The position numbers and the translations under genes were made by a program. A stretch of 64,000 bases of DNA from a virus. Location of the stretch: IMG/VR virus record IMGVR_UViG_3300023278_002223, positions 1 to 64,000 of that record. One strand, written 5' to 3'. Shown here piece by piece: positions 38,492 to 49,000 of the stretch. The notes under the pieces are model-generated. The model was not told the origin of the DNA and searched no databases. It saw nothing but the letters and a program-made list of their open reading frames with translations. The stretch's first letter is position 1; each line of letters starts with the position of its first letter.

Positions 38492-38896
38492 TCAACGGAG
38501 TGACCATCCCTGGCCCTCTGTCCACTTTAGTGGCTGAATGTGTGAAAGTGTATCGAACCAATTTGTAAATCTAACCGCTTTGTCATCAATGTAGTAGCAG
38601 GCTCTTGGCTTTTCTGCTGTGATTTCATCTATGTACTGAAGTAGTCCGTGACTGTCAAGCCAAGCACTAACAAGCTCAGTCCCAGTAGTCCCATCAACTA
38701 GGGGACGATCAGAGCGAGCCTTGCATGTGTATAGGACAAGCCTGTACTCCCCAGAGAGAGCCTTGATGGCCTCTGCTGAGCCAGGGATGAGGTCGCCCTC
38801 AACGTAACCACCGTTCCAGTCTGTTTGGGCGTGTAGGACTCCATCGAAGTCTATGGCGATGGTCTTTGCTGCCTCTGCGTCGTAATCTCTAGCCAC
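38492..38896 (-). CDS. HAD-superfamily phosphatase
   Basis: IAIDFDGVL, YT, KP..YYIDD motifs. Confidence 0.85.
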   Translation of the reverse strand: MARDYDAEAAKTIAIDFDGVLHAQTDWNGGYVEGDLIPGSAEAIKALSGEYRLVLYTCKARSDRPLVDGTTGTELVSAWLDSHGLLQYIDEITAEKPRACYYIDDKAVRFTNWFDTLSHIQPLKWTEGQGWSLR

Positions 38897-39716
38897 CGTA
38901 ATCTCTCTTTTCTAGGAAGTCCTTCTCCCCCTCTGAAATGTCAGACGCTGTCTTTGATTCTAGAACAACACCTTTAACCGAGGACACCATGGCTGCAAAC
39001 TCTTCAGGCAGCAAGGCACATTCGAGGTGGTGAATCTTTAGATCTCTGGACAGAGAGAAGTGTCTCTCGATCATACCAGCCCCATTGAGAGCTGCAACGA
39101 GGGTGGCGTCGTAGCCAACTTCGTGTCCAGAATAGCCGATAGTAACCTTGGGGCTTGAGACCTCTTCGATCATCTTCCTAATGTATCCAGTGTTAGATAG
39201 CCCATCAGGGGTGGGATAGATAGAGACACAGTGAAGAATGTACGCCTCTATGTCCTTCTCCTCAATCCTCCTTAGGGCTTCTATGTAGAAGTCGTGAGTC
39301 TTTCCCCCCATGCTGTACACAAACGGGATGCCAAGCTCTTTACACTTGTCTGAGACCAAATCAAACAGCTCAGACTTGGCTGCATCCATAGAAGCTATCT
39401 TTAGGGCAGAAGGCCCGAAGGGGACAACGAAGTCTAGGGACTCCTTGTCATGGACGGTGGTGCTCCACTCTATGCCAACATCCCTACAGTGGTCAACAAT
39501 CTTCTGCATATCGGCCCTGTCGATCTCTAGAGACTTTCTGTAGTCTGAGAACGGCATATGTCTCCACCTCTTAGAGGGGTCAGTGTAGTATGAGTCCACG
39601 TTCTTAAACTTGAACTTAACCTGCGTTGCACCTGACTTCTTCGCTTCGCTAATCATAGCGCAAAGAATGTTGGTGCTCCCTAAGTGGTTAATTGTACATT
39701 CGCATACGAATTTCAA
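38889..39716 (-). CDS. neuB: NeuB-family nonulosonic acid (-9-phosphate) synthase, no SAF domain
   Basis: ECTINHLG, VKF, KIAS, LHCVSIYP, GYSGHE, IERHF motifs; probable TTG start with GGAGG SD. Confidence 0.9.
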   Translation of the reverse strand: MKFVCECTINHLGSTNILCAMISEAKKSGATQVKFKFKNVDSYYTDPSKRWRHMPFSDYRKSLEIDRADMQKIVDHCRDVGIEWSTTVHDKESLDFVVPFGPSALKIASMDAAKSELFDLVSDKCKELGIPFVYSMGGKTHDFYIEALRRIEEKDIEAYILHCVSIYPTPDGLSNTGYIRKMIEEVSSPKVTIGYSGHEVGYDATLVAALNGAGMIERHFSLSRDLKIHHLECALLPEEFAAMVSSVKGVVLESKTASDISEGEKDFLEKRDYGG

Positions 39717-39717
39717 T

Positions 39718-40365
39718 CTACCACCTCCCATTATCAGACAGAATGTCATCTAGAGGCTTATCCATCATGATCTGACTTCTGATGCTTCTTTCTTTCTCAA
39801 TGATAGTGTAGAACTTGCCCCAGTAAAACCCCAAGAGCTCCTTAGGAACAACAATGGCCCCATCTCTATCCATGGCAATGTAGTCACCGGAGTTAATGGT
39901 AACACCTTCGATTTTAATCTCACAGTCGTACTTCGTCAAAGCCCAATGCCCGATTGCGTCAATGGGGTTGTTGTCTTTTGAGAAAACTGGGAAGCCAATG
40001 TCATCAATTATGTCGGCATCTCTGGTTATGCCATCTGTTAGCATCCCCTGTGCTCCCATCTTCTTGTAGATAAGAGAGGTGATATCTCCAGTATGGGCAA
40101 CCTTGTTGTCATTAGCCTGCAAACACACGATGGGGTTCATGTGGCGGAAATAGTCCTGGTGGTCCCTATAAATGCCCATCCTGATGCGGTCAAGCTCTTC
40201 ATAGTTGGCAATGGTGACTTTCTGTCCATAGGTGGTGAAGGCTGGCCCATGCACGAACTTGCTATAGCCAGCTGTGGGCTTGATGTTGATGTAGAAGTCA
40301 TCAGCTTTTTGGCCAACGATCTTCCTAAGGGCATCGTATGCTGCGCCTAGGTACAGGTGTTTCAT
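39718..40365 (-). CDS. RraA/HMG aldolase family protein
   Basis: GPAFT, AHTGDI, DGITRD, PVFS, GD.I.MD.DG.IVVP motifs. Confidence 0.85.
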   Translation of the reverse strand: MKHLYLGAAYDALRKIVGQKADDFYINIKPTAGYSKFVHGPAFTTYGQKVTIANYEELDRIRMGIYRDHQDYFRHMNPIVCLQANDNKVAHTGDITSLIYKKMGAQGMLTDGITRDADIIDDIGFPVFSKDNNPIDAIGHWALTKYDCEIKIEGVTINSGDYIAMDRDGAIVVPKELLGFYWGKFYTIIEKERSIRSQIMMDKPLDDILSDNGRW

Positions 40366-40502
40366 TGCTTTTCATCCTTAGTAATAAAGTATCCACCAAA
40401 AACCAAAACCAAAGTGAACGCTATTAGACTAACGTTAACTAGTGCAATTAGGCCCGCCCAAACGCTTGCTGCGATAAAGAACCTCTTAATGCTACCCAGC
40501 AT
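40362..40502 (-). CDS. 46-aa single-pass membrane peptide
   Basis: MLGSIKRFFIAASVWAGLIALVNVSLIAFTLVLVFGGYFITKDEKQ; overlaps both neighbours (ATGA coupling). Confidence 0.55.
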   Translation of the reverse strand: MLGSIKRFFIAASVWAGLIALVNVSLIAFTLVLVFGGYFITKDEKQ

Positions 40503-41169
40503 CTTTCTCTCTTTTCTCAATTATTGCTCTTACAATCTCAAGATCCTCATTGTCATCTACGTCTAATGCCTCGATCTTGTTTACTGGGTATAGAAATGGA
40601 TTGCTACCCACTCTCTTTTTTCCCTTAACGAGGGCCTCTACTGTCACACCATACAGGCCGTGGGTCTCCATCAGCATGGGATCTAAGTCCTGTGAGTTTG
40701 GCAAAACCTCTGGACAGAAGTTGATAGGATTAGCTCTGTCGGACCAGAAGTACTCCTTCACATTGTTGATAGTGAAGAATGAATCAAAGTTTCCGAAGTT
40801 TTTAAAGGCCCTAATGGCCTTGTCCATAGTCTTGGATGTTATCAGTGGGGAAGTGGCAAAGGTTTGACAGATAAGGTCTACGTCCTCTACGGAGTGTAGA
40901 GCCCAGATCAAGAGATCATTGGCGTTGCAGGAGTTGCTGGCCAGGGCTTGCGGCCTGTCGATGATCCTAAGACCCTTGTTAATGAGGTCTGATACATCGG
41001 CCTTAATTGCCTCACACTCAGTGTCCAGGTAGACAAAGTCCACCTCTTTGCATTTAAGAGACTTCTCACAAGCCCTGTAGACAAGAGACTTTCCGTTGAT
41101 GCGGATAAGGTTCTTGCCTAAGACTCTCTCGGAAGTCCCCTTGGCTGGGATTACTAGTGCTGTTCTCAT
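40492..41169 (-). CDS. neuA: Acylneuraminate cytidylyltransferase
   Basis: IPAKGTSERVLGKN, ATSPL, ETHGLY, EALDVD motifs. Confidence 0.9.
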   Translation of the reverse strand: MRTALVIPAKGTSERVLGKNLIRINGKSLVYRACEKSLKCKEVDFVYLDTECEAIKADVSDLINKGLRIIDRPQALASNSCNANDLLIWALHSVEDVDLICQTFATSPLITSKTMDKAIRAFKNFGNFDSFFTINNVKEYFWSDRANPINFCPEVLPNSQDLDPMLMETHGLYGVTVEALVKGKKRVGSNPFLYPVNKIEALDVDDNEDLEIVRAIIEKREKDAG

Positions 41170-41208
41170 TTGTTGTCTCCGGGGTTCTTAAAGGTTGTAC
41201 TTATAGAT

Positions 41209-41237
41209 ATAATAGCACAAGATGGAGACTGTTTCAA
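41209..41237 (-). promoter_or_regulatory. Sigma70-type promoter TTGAAA-17-TATTAT with extended -10 TG
   Basis: AAAAGTTGAAAC...TGTGCTA(T/A)TAT shared with the fusA promoter. Confidence 0.7.
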
Positions 41238-41240
41238 CTT

Positions 41241-42065
41241 TTAATTCAAGTCTTCGTACAGCCAGAGGTCTCTTGGAACTTCTTCGGGGATGTAACTGCC
41301 CTTGCTGCAAATGTTTAGAGAGACACCCTTTGTGGCTAGGTATTCGTTCCAATCGAACATCCCAGAGAGGGAAAGAGCCGACTCTCCTTGGAATAGTTGC
41401 CCAGCAGCCCCCTGTCTTGCCAGAAGCTCACTGTCATTTCCGTCATAGAAGTGGTCGATCTTGTCTGTGTGGCCAAAGTCAGCAGGATAAAGGTCTACCC
41501 CAATGAGGTTTATAGACTTTGCGCCAGCATGTAAGGCTGTGAACAAAACGGTTTCTTTGATCGTACCCGGACCCCATGGCTTAACGATAGGCTGTGCATC
41601 TAGAGTCCAGTCATCGTGATTCCTGGTAACACAGAGGCATCTCTCTTGCTTGCCTGGGTCACTAATTCTAAAGAATAGGCTTGGGTTGGTGTCTCCCCAC
41701 AAGCCGCCCTTCATGGACTCTAAGGACTGACCTGCGGACCCCACGGATGTCACACCTCTGAGGTTATATGGTGTAAAGTTGTTACAATTGAAGAAGTGGA
41801 TGTCCACTCTTGGATGCATTGCAGCGAAAGCCTGCTTGATTGTGAATACGACCTTGCCGTCTAGCTTTTCAGACAAGTACCCTGAAGGGAAGTCAGACAG
41901 GGATGGGCCGCATGACACAACATAGATGTCCTCGCCCTCATACATGCCCCTGAGAAGAGCTATTCTGTCCACCTGGCTCTCAATACCTTCAACCATATTG
42001 GAGTACAAGATACCCCTGTCGCTGACATGATACTTAGACCAGTCAAAGTTGACTAGGCTAGCCAC
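41241..42065 (-). CDS. Maf/DUF115-like protein, candidate nonulosonate transferase
   Basis: IYVVSCGPSL and ALHAGAKSINLIGVD motifs resemble Maf and GT42 sialyltransferases; adjacent to neuA. Confidence 0.6.
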   Translation of the reverse strand: MASLVNFDWSKYHVSDRGILYSNMVEGIESQVDRIALLRGMYEGEDIYVVSCGPSLSDFPSGYLSEKLDGKVVFTIKQAFAAMHPRVDIHFFNCNNFTPYNLRGVTSVGSAGQSLESMKGGLWGDTNPSLFFRISDPGKQERCLCVTRNHDDWTLDAQPIVKPWGPGTIKETVLFTALHAGAKSINLIGVDLYPADFGHTDKIDHFYDGNDSELLARQGAAGQLFQGESALSLSGMFDWNEYLATKGVSLNICSKGSYIPEEVPRDLWLYEDLN

Positions 42066-42873
42066 TGGAGTCCCTCGCTTCTTCTGCCAACCTGCGCCTC
42101 TCGGCCCACGGAGCGAAATTATCAGTGTTCATGAAGTGTAGAAGAGGCACATTCTTTAGTAGATAGATTCTTCCGAAACCAGCATCCCTAAAGCCCTCAC
42201 AGATACTAACGTGCTCTACGTCAGTCTCCTGGTGTTTGCTAGAAGAGGAGAACCTTAGACCGTCAATAAATGGCTGGGCTTTGTAGGCACACAGACCATT
42301 GAAGGTGGAGTAGACTGGAGCTTCATCTTTTAAGAACTTGAATGGAGTGCATGTCCACCAGATGTCAAGCTCCTCTCCCCTAGTAGCCCACTTATCAAAG
42401 AGCTCCATGTGAGGTCTCTGGATGTCGGCGTGTAAGGAGTATCCAGAAGCCATGTCCGCAAAGCCACCTTCTCCAACAGCCCCTAGGAGCTTGGATAGAG
42501 CGGTTGCCTCCCACACGTAGTCAGCATCGAACCAGACTACATAGTCATAGGAGTCTAGGTCGCTAACCTGATCCATTGCGGCATTCCTAAATGCTGCCAT
42601 TTGGTTGATTCTCTCTTTTGACACAACGCTAGGGAAGTGAACCTTGTCTGTGATTTCAAATGCCGTAAACATTGATCCAAAATTAGATGGCTTCTCCCAC
42701 CCCTCTATGGCCTCTTTGGTGGAGTCCGATGAGTCGTTCTCGTAGAAGGACGCACTGAACTCATACTTGTCTGACAGGGCCTCCATTTGGGCAGTAGCCG
42801 CAACTAGAACCGATGGGAGCATTTTGGCTGAGTCCCTGCAAATCATGCAGAGCAATACTTTTTCTCTAGACAT
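42058..42873 (-). CDS. GT-A glycosyltransferase, CAP59/GT69-like
   Basis: YENDSSDST, RI..MA.FRN, FDAD (DxD), FDKWATR, VYSTFNG...Y, EH motifs. Confidence 0.75.
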   Translation of the reverse strand: MSREKVLLCMICRDSAKMLPSVLVAATAQMEALSDKYEFSASFYENDSSDSTKEAIEGWEKPSNFGSMFTAFEITDKVHFPSVVSKERINQMAAFRNAAMDQVSDLDSYDYVVWFDADYVWEATALSKLLGAVGEGGFADMASGYSLHADIQRPHMELFDKWATRGEELDIWWTCTPFKFLKDEAPVYSTFNGLCAYKAQPFIDGLRFSSSSKHQETDVEHVSICEGFRDAGFGRIYLLKNVPLLHFMNTDNFAPWAERRRLAEEARDSSG

Positions 42874-44998
42874 CGGTCCTCCTTCGGATGATATAACAAA
42901 CACTGTTTGTAAGTTGGTCCAAGTGAAGAGCGGTGTTGCAGTAGTTAGACTTTAAGCCCTCCACGTTAGAATTCTTAACTAGCTGATTGTGGGTGTTAAT
43001 AACGTTGGCGGTGTCTTCGGATAGGGCAAGCATGAGGCTGCTCTCTTTGCCAACCACCTCTCTTCGACACAGAAGCCTAGGGCTACTGATAGTTCTATTA
43101 AGATCCAGTCCCCAGGAGTTTTCAGCCAGGGTAACCAGTGTCATAGATCTAGCCACACCGTTGTTGGAGTTTATATCTTTGTTTATGTCAGAGCCGGAGG
43201 GAACAAATTCTTCACCTCCATATAGAAGTAGGGCCCAGTCGTTGTTTGCATGAGCCCTGGCTTCTTCTAGCGCCAGATTCATGTCTGAAGAATGGACGGT
43301 CCTAACATGGTCTGGGACATCCAGGTTCAAAGAGTCTGTTACTACAATAATCTCTGAAGCGTGAGGGAGAAGGCTGTTTAGGGAGAGATCTAAGCCATCA
43401 TTCCACTCCTCAGCCTGTGTTACGATAAGCCCAGTTAGAGACTGCTCGTCCCAGAGGGTTGGGTCTTTAAGCTCTGCATTTAGAACAACTGCTTCCCACT
43501 TCTTGGCACACAAATCCCAAGTATAATGATCTACGGCTGTTTTTCTGGCAGCATTGGCCAACCTGGAGAGCTCTAGGGAGCCATTCTTAGATAGCAACCT
43601 TGAGAATGTTTTCTCCAGATCTGCTCTTGAGAACAGGGCTCTATTCTGCATTGTTTCACACTCGGTGTACATGGAGGCAACCTTTAGAGGAACCCCTCCT
43701 CCATTTCTATTCTTTTCGTACAGAGAGCTGTAGTCTGTGCAAACGATTGGAACTCCACACGCCTTAGCTTCAGTGGCGGGCATTCCGTCCCCCTCACAAA
43801 TGGAAGCTTGGACGTATAGGTCCATTATGTTGTAAACCTTATTGAACTGCTCGTCATTTAGGCCGTTGGCAGTTGATGGGGTGGCAAGGGCGGGAACTCC
43901 GCAGGCTGGGCAAGACTGATTGCCGAAGCCCCAAACGCTAACCCCGTGGTGGTCGCAGTTCTTGCACTTGTATGAGAACAGAACTCTTTGGTTAACCCCA
44001 TACCTATGAATTGATTCTGGGATGTCGAATCCAACATCTGGAATTCCAGTATGAAGAAGAAGCCTAGTGTTCTCTGCATTCTTTGGATCGTTAACGCAGA
44101 AGTTGGCATAGGTTTCGATTAGTCTTGTAAAGAGCTTTCTTGGCTGGTTTCTCATGACTGTGCCAATAATCTTAATACCTGGGTGGATACCCATAGAAGC
44201 CTTTACCTCGGCTTTGTCTAGGGGCTTATACACATCGGTGTCCACTCCGGCCTGACAGACCATTGGTACGTCGATTTCTGGAATGCTGTGCCTCTTTGCC
44301 AGCTCGGTTCTTGATTGGTCCTCAATGACCTTTTTGCCAAAGTGAGAATAGGACATGACCGTATCGACCTCTGAGTATGAACCTAGCCAACTCCACTGCT
44401 GTGGATAGCTGTCAACACAGGCCATCCACACAATGTGAGCCCTCTTCGCGGCTGGTGTCTCAAGAACAAACTTGTCCATCCACCAGTCCCTGTGCATGAG
44501 GATGACGTGTGGTCTGACTTCCTCTAGAACTGCGTCTACTTTAAACTTGCCGAACTGATTGTCCTTGTATTCTGCCTGATACGCCCTGTTCTCTTCGTCA
44601 TTGTCTGGCATGTTGTGGAAGTATGTCCACTCGATTTCAGCCGCCTTCTTCTCTCTTCGAGGGGACTGACCGTAGGCACCTAGCTCAAAGCAGCTAATGT
44701 TTGGGTTCTTGTTTAGCCTCTTGAGGACGTTGTTCATATATGTGCCGAAGCCAGTATGGAGATAGGAGGCTTCTGATATGAATAGGACTCGAAGCTTCTC
44801 CTCCGTGCCATTAACCCCGTTGGCGTGAACACCCTCTGCGATCATCTTGTCCAGAGTCTCGATATCATCAAGACTTGGGTCAAATGTCGCTCCCATGATG
44901 TTGTGTGGGATTTGAAGCCCAGACAGCAAAGATGAGCCGTCCACCTTTTTGATAGAGGGCTTGTTCTTCTTCTTCTTGTTGTTTCTTTTCTTTGACAT
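42866..44998 (-). CDS. GT4 (GT-B) glycosyltransferase with Zn-ribbon insert and degenerate C-terminal GT2-like domain
   Basis: TGFG, GVDTDVYKP, RNQPRK, YNIMDLYV..S..EG.GMP..EA.ACGVP motifs. Confidence 0.85.
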   Translation of the reverse strand: MSKKRNNKKKKNKPSIKKVDGSSLLSGLQIPHNIMGATFDPSLDDIETLDKMIAEGVHANGVNGTEEKLRVLFISEASYLHTGFGTYMNNVLKRLNKNPNISCFELGAYGQSPRREKKAAEIEWTYFHNMPDNDEENRAYQAEYKDNQFGKFKVDAVLEEVRPHVILMHRDWWMDKFVLETPAAKRAHIVWMACVDSYPQQWSWLGSYSEVDTVMSYSHFGKKVIEDQSRTELAKRHSIPEIDVPMVCQAGVDTDVYKPLDKAEVKASMGIHPGIKIIGTVMRNQPRKLFTRLIETYANFCVNDPKNAENTRLLLHTGIPDVGFDIPESIHRYGVNQRVLFSYKCKNCDHHGVSVWGFGNQSCPACGVPALATPSTANGLNDEQFNKVYNIMDLYVQASICEGDGMPATEAKACGVPIVCTDYSSLYEKNRNGGGVPLKVASMYTECETMQNRALFSRADLEKTFSRLLSKNGSLELSRLANAARKTAVDHYTWDLCAKKWEAVVLNAELKDPTLWDEQSLTGLIVTQAEEWNDGLDLSLNSLLPHASEIIVVTDSLNLDVPDHVRTVHSSDMNLALEEARAHANNDWALLLYGGEEFVPSGSDINKDINSNNGVARSMTLVTLAENSWGLDLNRTISSPRLLCRREVVGKESSLMLALSEDTANVINTHNQLVKNSNVEGLKSNYCNTALHLDQLTNSVCYIIRRRTDV

Positions 44999-45014
44999 TT
45001 TTGATCTTTCACAA

Positions 45015-45046
45015 AGAGTGCCCCCCAGACATAAGTCCAGGGGGCA
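45015..45046 (-). terminator. Hairpin after ssb
   Basis: TGCCCCCTGGAC-TTAT-GTCTGGGGGGCA then CTCTTT on the - strand. Confidence 0.6.
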
Positions 45047-45067
45047 TACACTGCGGGGTTATTTAGA

Positions 45068-45514
45068 CTAAGCGAATGGGTCTTGGTCACCACCGAATGG
45101 ATCAGATCCACCGAAGGCGTTGTCAGTTGCCTCTACGCGAGGGACTCCTGGTGCTGCCACTGGAGCAACGTCCTGCTCAGAACCGCCATTGTCAGCACTG
45201 TCAGTCTCAAGGGAGACCTGGAAGGTGTTGACGCGGTAGGTGGTGCGCTTGATGTCGTTCTTGTCTGTGAACTGAGAAACCTTGAGATTTCCTCGGACCA
45301 AAATGTAGTCATCAGCTTCAACTAGAGCAAGCTGCTCTTCGGTTGCATTCCACATCTCGCACTGGAAGAAAGACTTCTTTCCGCGCTTGTCGGTGTGCTG
45401 AAGGCTCCATGAGGTGACGGTCCTTGGGGTTCCATCATCATTTTGTCCTGCTTGGTTGGTCTTAACGAAGCGGGTTGTTCCCACTAGGTATACGCTGTTT
45501 GTAGTAAGTGCCAT
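45068..45514 (-). CDS. ssb: Single-stranded DNA-binding protein
   Basis: NSVYLVG, FFQCEMW, ILVRGNL OB-fold pattern, acidic DPF tail; GGAG SD before MALTT. Confidence 0.85.
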   Translation of the reverse strand: MALTTNSVYLVGTTRFVKTNQAGQNDDGTPRTVTSWSLQHTDKRGKKSFFQCEMWNATEEQLALVEADDYILVRGNLKVSQFTDKNDIKRTTYRVNTFQVSLETDSADNGGSEQDVAPVAAPGVPRVEATDNAFGGSDPFGGDQDPFA

Positions 45515-45549
45515 TAAAGCACTCCTCTCCGTTTGCCCGACTTGGGCTG

Positions 45550-46032
45550 TTAAAGTTTGTCTGGATCGGTCTTGAATGACTTCCAGATTAAGTAAGAAAA
45601 CTTGTCGCAAATAAATTCTTCAAGCTCATCTGTCCTCTTAGACTTCCTTGCTGCCTTTGGTAGGGCAGTGAAGGGGGCGCTGACTAGGACGTGAATTAGC
45701 TCATGTATTACTAGTGTATCCAGGTTGATCTGAAACCCGAAGTGAATTGGTGCATCTCTCAAGAATACGATGGTGGCGCACTGCTCAACTGGGTGGCATT
45801 CTACAACGCAACCCAAGATAATCTCATCCTCTTCCCTCTTGCTACCTGTGGTTGCGAGAATTACTTCGTCCAACCTCTTCTGGTTGGCTAGGATGATCTT
45901 AATATCATACCCATTGAGACCAAGAACCTTCTTCCACTTCCTGACGATTGGCATCAGGACTTTCTTGGTTAGCTTCTTGGGGCCCTCAAATGGGTTGTTG
46001 ACCTCTAGGTGCTCTTTGTTGTCATCAGACAT
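45550..46032 (-). CDS. HExxH metallopeptidase-like protein
   Basis: TLVIHELIH ... EE motif. Confidence 0.55.
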   Translation of the reverse strand: MSDDNKEHLEVNNPFEGPKKLTKKVLMPIVRKWKKVLGLNGYDIKIILANQKRLDEVILATTGSKREEDEIILGCVVECHPVEQCATIVFLRDAPIHFGFQINLDTLVIHELIHVLVSAPFTALPKAARKSKRTDELEEFICDKFSYLIWKSFKTDPDKL

Positions 46033-46043
46033 TTAAGTTGTTC

Positions 46044-49000
46044 CTAAATCTTTTGCATAATATTAATTAGAGGAGTCCCATCTCTGGACATTTTGCCCTC
46101 AACGTAGACTACAGAGCCAGCAGTGGCGGCCTGCTTGTACTTGGAAAACGCCTCATGGAACATAATAGCATCTATCATATAGGTTTTATCAGTTAAACTT
46201 ACGAAAGCCATCTGATTGCCATTTCTATCCTGCTTAAGGGAAACCCTAGATAGTACAGCAATTGTGGCAAACCTCTTGTTGGCCATCTCCCTCTTGATGT
46301 TGATAACCTCGTGAGTCTTCCTCACGTCATCATAAACGTCTACCTCGCAGTAGGTTAGGGGGATGCCAAGATACATAAGCTCCCTAGCAGCCATTGTTCT
46401 TTCACTGGTCGCAGGGTCCGTGAGGTCTTTTAGGTCAGATACGATGCCCTGAATCTTTTCGATCCTCTTTGCTGCTACAACCTTATCGGTGATATTTCCT
46501 TCGGTGAGCCACTTCTGGAAGCAGCTGAACGCTCCAAAGATGTCGTCTGAACCCGGAACACTGATAACCTTTTTGGATCTAGCCGTAGACAGATCAACAT
46601 CCCCGCCACCTCGACACATTACAGATAGGACTTTTAGCTCCTTTGGAGTCATAGCCTTGACGCTTGAGAGCACCATGAACAGCTTGGTTCTTTCAACTCC
46701 CATGAAGTCGAAAGCCCCCGCGAAGCACAGAGCCTCTACTACATCCTTCTTGGCCTTCTTGAGCCCGATCACGAACTCAGCAAGATCGTTGGACTCTTTG
46801 TAAATGTCCTTGACGGTTTTTAGAGACGCCTTGCCAACCTTCTTAATGCTCTGTAGCCCAAAGTAAATGTCTCCGTTGTTTACAGTAAAGTCATGTTCAG
46901 AGTGAGCAATAGAGGGAGGTAGAACCTCAACCCCTCTTAGTTTTGAGTCATAGAAGATCTCCGCGATCTCCTCCTGGGGCTTCTGTTCATTGGAAGAGAG
47001 CTGCAGCAGCGCACAGTAAAACTCTAGTGGGTACTCAAGCTTGGCGAAAGCTGTGGTGTAGGACATCATTGCGTAGGTTAGAGCGTGTGACTTGTTGAAG
47101 CCGTACTCAGCACCCTTCTCAATCCAACCCCATAGCTCCTCGGCAAGAGCGCTGTTCTTGGTCTTCTCGATGCACCCATCTAGGAATCTGTTTTTAAACT
47201 GAGCCATAAGCTTAGGGATCTTCTTACCCACAGCTTTTCTAAGCATGTCCGCCTCCTTGAGGTCGAACCCACCGAAGACCCTCACAACTTCAAGCATTTG
47301 CTCCTGATAAAGCATCACCCCGTAGGTTGTCTCGAAGATTGGTCTAAGCTCTTCGTGCAGAACGTCCCACTCACCCTTGTTCTTGTTCTCAAGGTATTCG
47401 GCAGCCAGACCTGATTCAAGGACAGCTGGTCGGATTAGAGAGATTAGAGCTGCAAGCTCCTCAATGTTAGAAGGTTTAACCTTCCTAGCCCAAGACTCAC
47501 CTAGCTTTGATTCAAGCTGGAAGACGCCCTTGTTGTTTCCTTTGGTTATTAGGTCGTAGACCTTGGAGTTATCGAAGTCACCAACGTTGTCCATGAAGTC
47601 TGGAAGAGCCCTGGAAACCACAGAAAGGGTCTTTAGCCCAAGCACGTCCAACTTCATGTATCCCATCTTTTCGACATCATACATGTCAAACCCAGTGAGT
47701 AGAGACTTCTTCTTTGCGTCCCACACACAGGGCATTTTGCCAAACAGACCCTCGTCAGCGATTAGAACAGCACAAGCGTGGGTCGATCTATTCCTGTTAA
47801 CCCCCTCCAACTTGAAGGCAATCTCGAAGGTTTTCTTCAACATCCTCCTTCTGTCATTGGCGTCAGAGATTAGCTGGTTCTTCTTCCAGGTGTCTTTTGT
47901 CTTTTCGGCTTCGTGTTCCCAGGCTGCAACGTCTTCGTCAACACCCTGTTCGGCTTTCTTTAGGATGGAAGAGCTGTTAATGGCATCCTGCAGCCCGTTG
48001 TTCTTATCTTTAACGTTCTTTGTGAGCCTATTGAGGTACTCATGAGAGAGCCCCAAAACCTTACCCACGTCCTTGATAACGCCCTTGGCGGTCATTGTGG
48101 TGATAGTGATCATTGGCAGAACTCGGTCTTTACCAAACTCTTCTCTTAGATACTGGATCACCTCTTCCCTGCGGTCAATCTGGATGTCAAGATCCACGTC
48201 TGGCATGGACCCTTTTCTCCCGTGATTCCAGAATCTCTCCCAGATCAATCCGTAGCGGATTGGGTCTGCCTTGATCGTAACCTGTAGGAGATACAACACC
48301 AAAGATCCGGCGCATGACCCCCTTCCGTAGTTTCGGATTATTCCGTTGTCATCGCAAAATTTGCAAACATCGGCCACAATCATAAAGTAGTGCTGGAGCC
48401 CAGCGTCCTCGACTTCGGCCAATTCCCTCTGAACACGCTCAACGTACTCATCGCGATTGTCTAGTGTATCAATCCCAAAGTCCTCCCAGTGGGCTCTACA
48501 CCTGTCCTTAAGGGCTCTCATGCATTCTGAATCAGAAAGTCCTTTATATTTTGGGGTCTTCATTCCGCCAAGTTTGATGGTTACATTAACACTGTCAGCA
48601 ATATCCTGAGAGGTCTGAACTTCCTCAGGAGAGAACTTCTGCAGCATCTCCTCCTTGGATTTGTTGTAATAGTCGAAGCCATTGAATACTAGGCGACCCT
48701 TTGTTACACCTTTTGAATGGTCCACTACTGGGGTTTTTAGTGTAGCACGGGCGTCGATGGCCTTCAAGACCTCGTGAGCGAACGTGTCACTTGCGTTAAC
48801 GTAGTGGGAGTCATTACTTGCGACAGATCGCAGCCCAAGCTCCTGGGCCACCTGTCGGCAGTTGTTTAGGATGAGCTCTTGCTCTGGGATGTATATGTTA
48901 TTCTGGTCATTTACGTTCTGGAGCTCTACAAAAGTCCTCTTCTCTCCGAAGATATCCACCATATGCTTGACGTGATCCTTGCCATCTTCGTAAGAATCGT

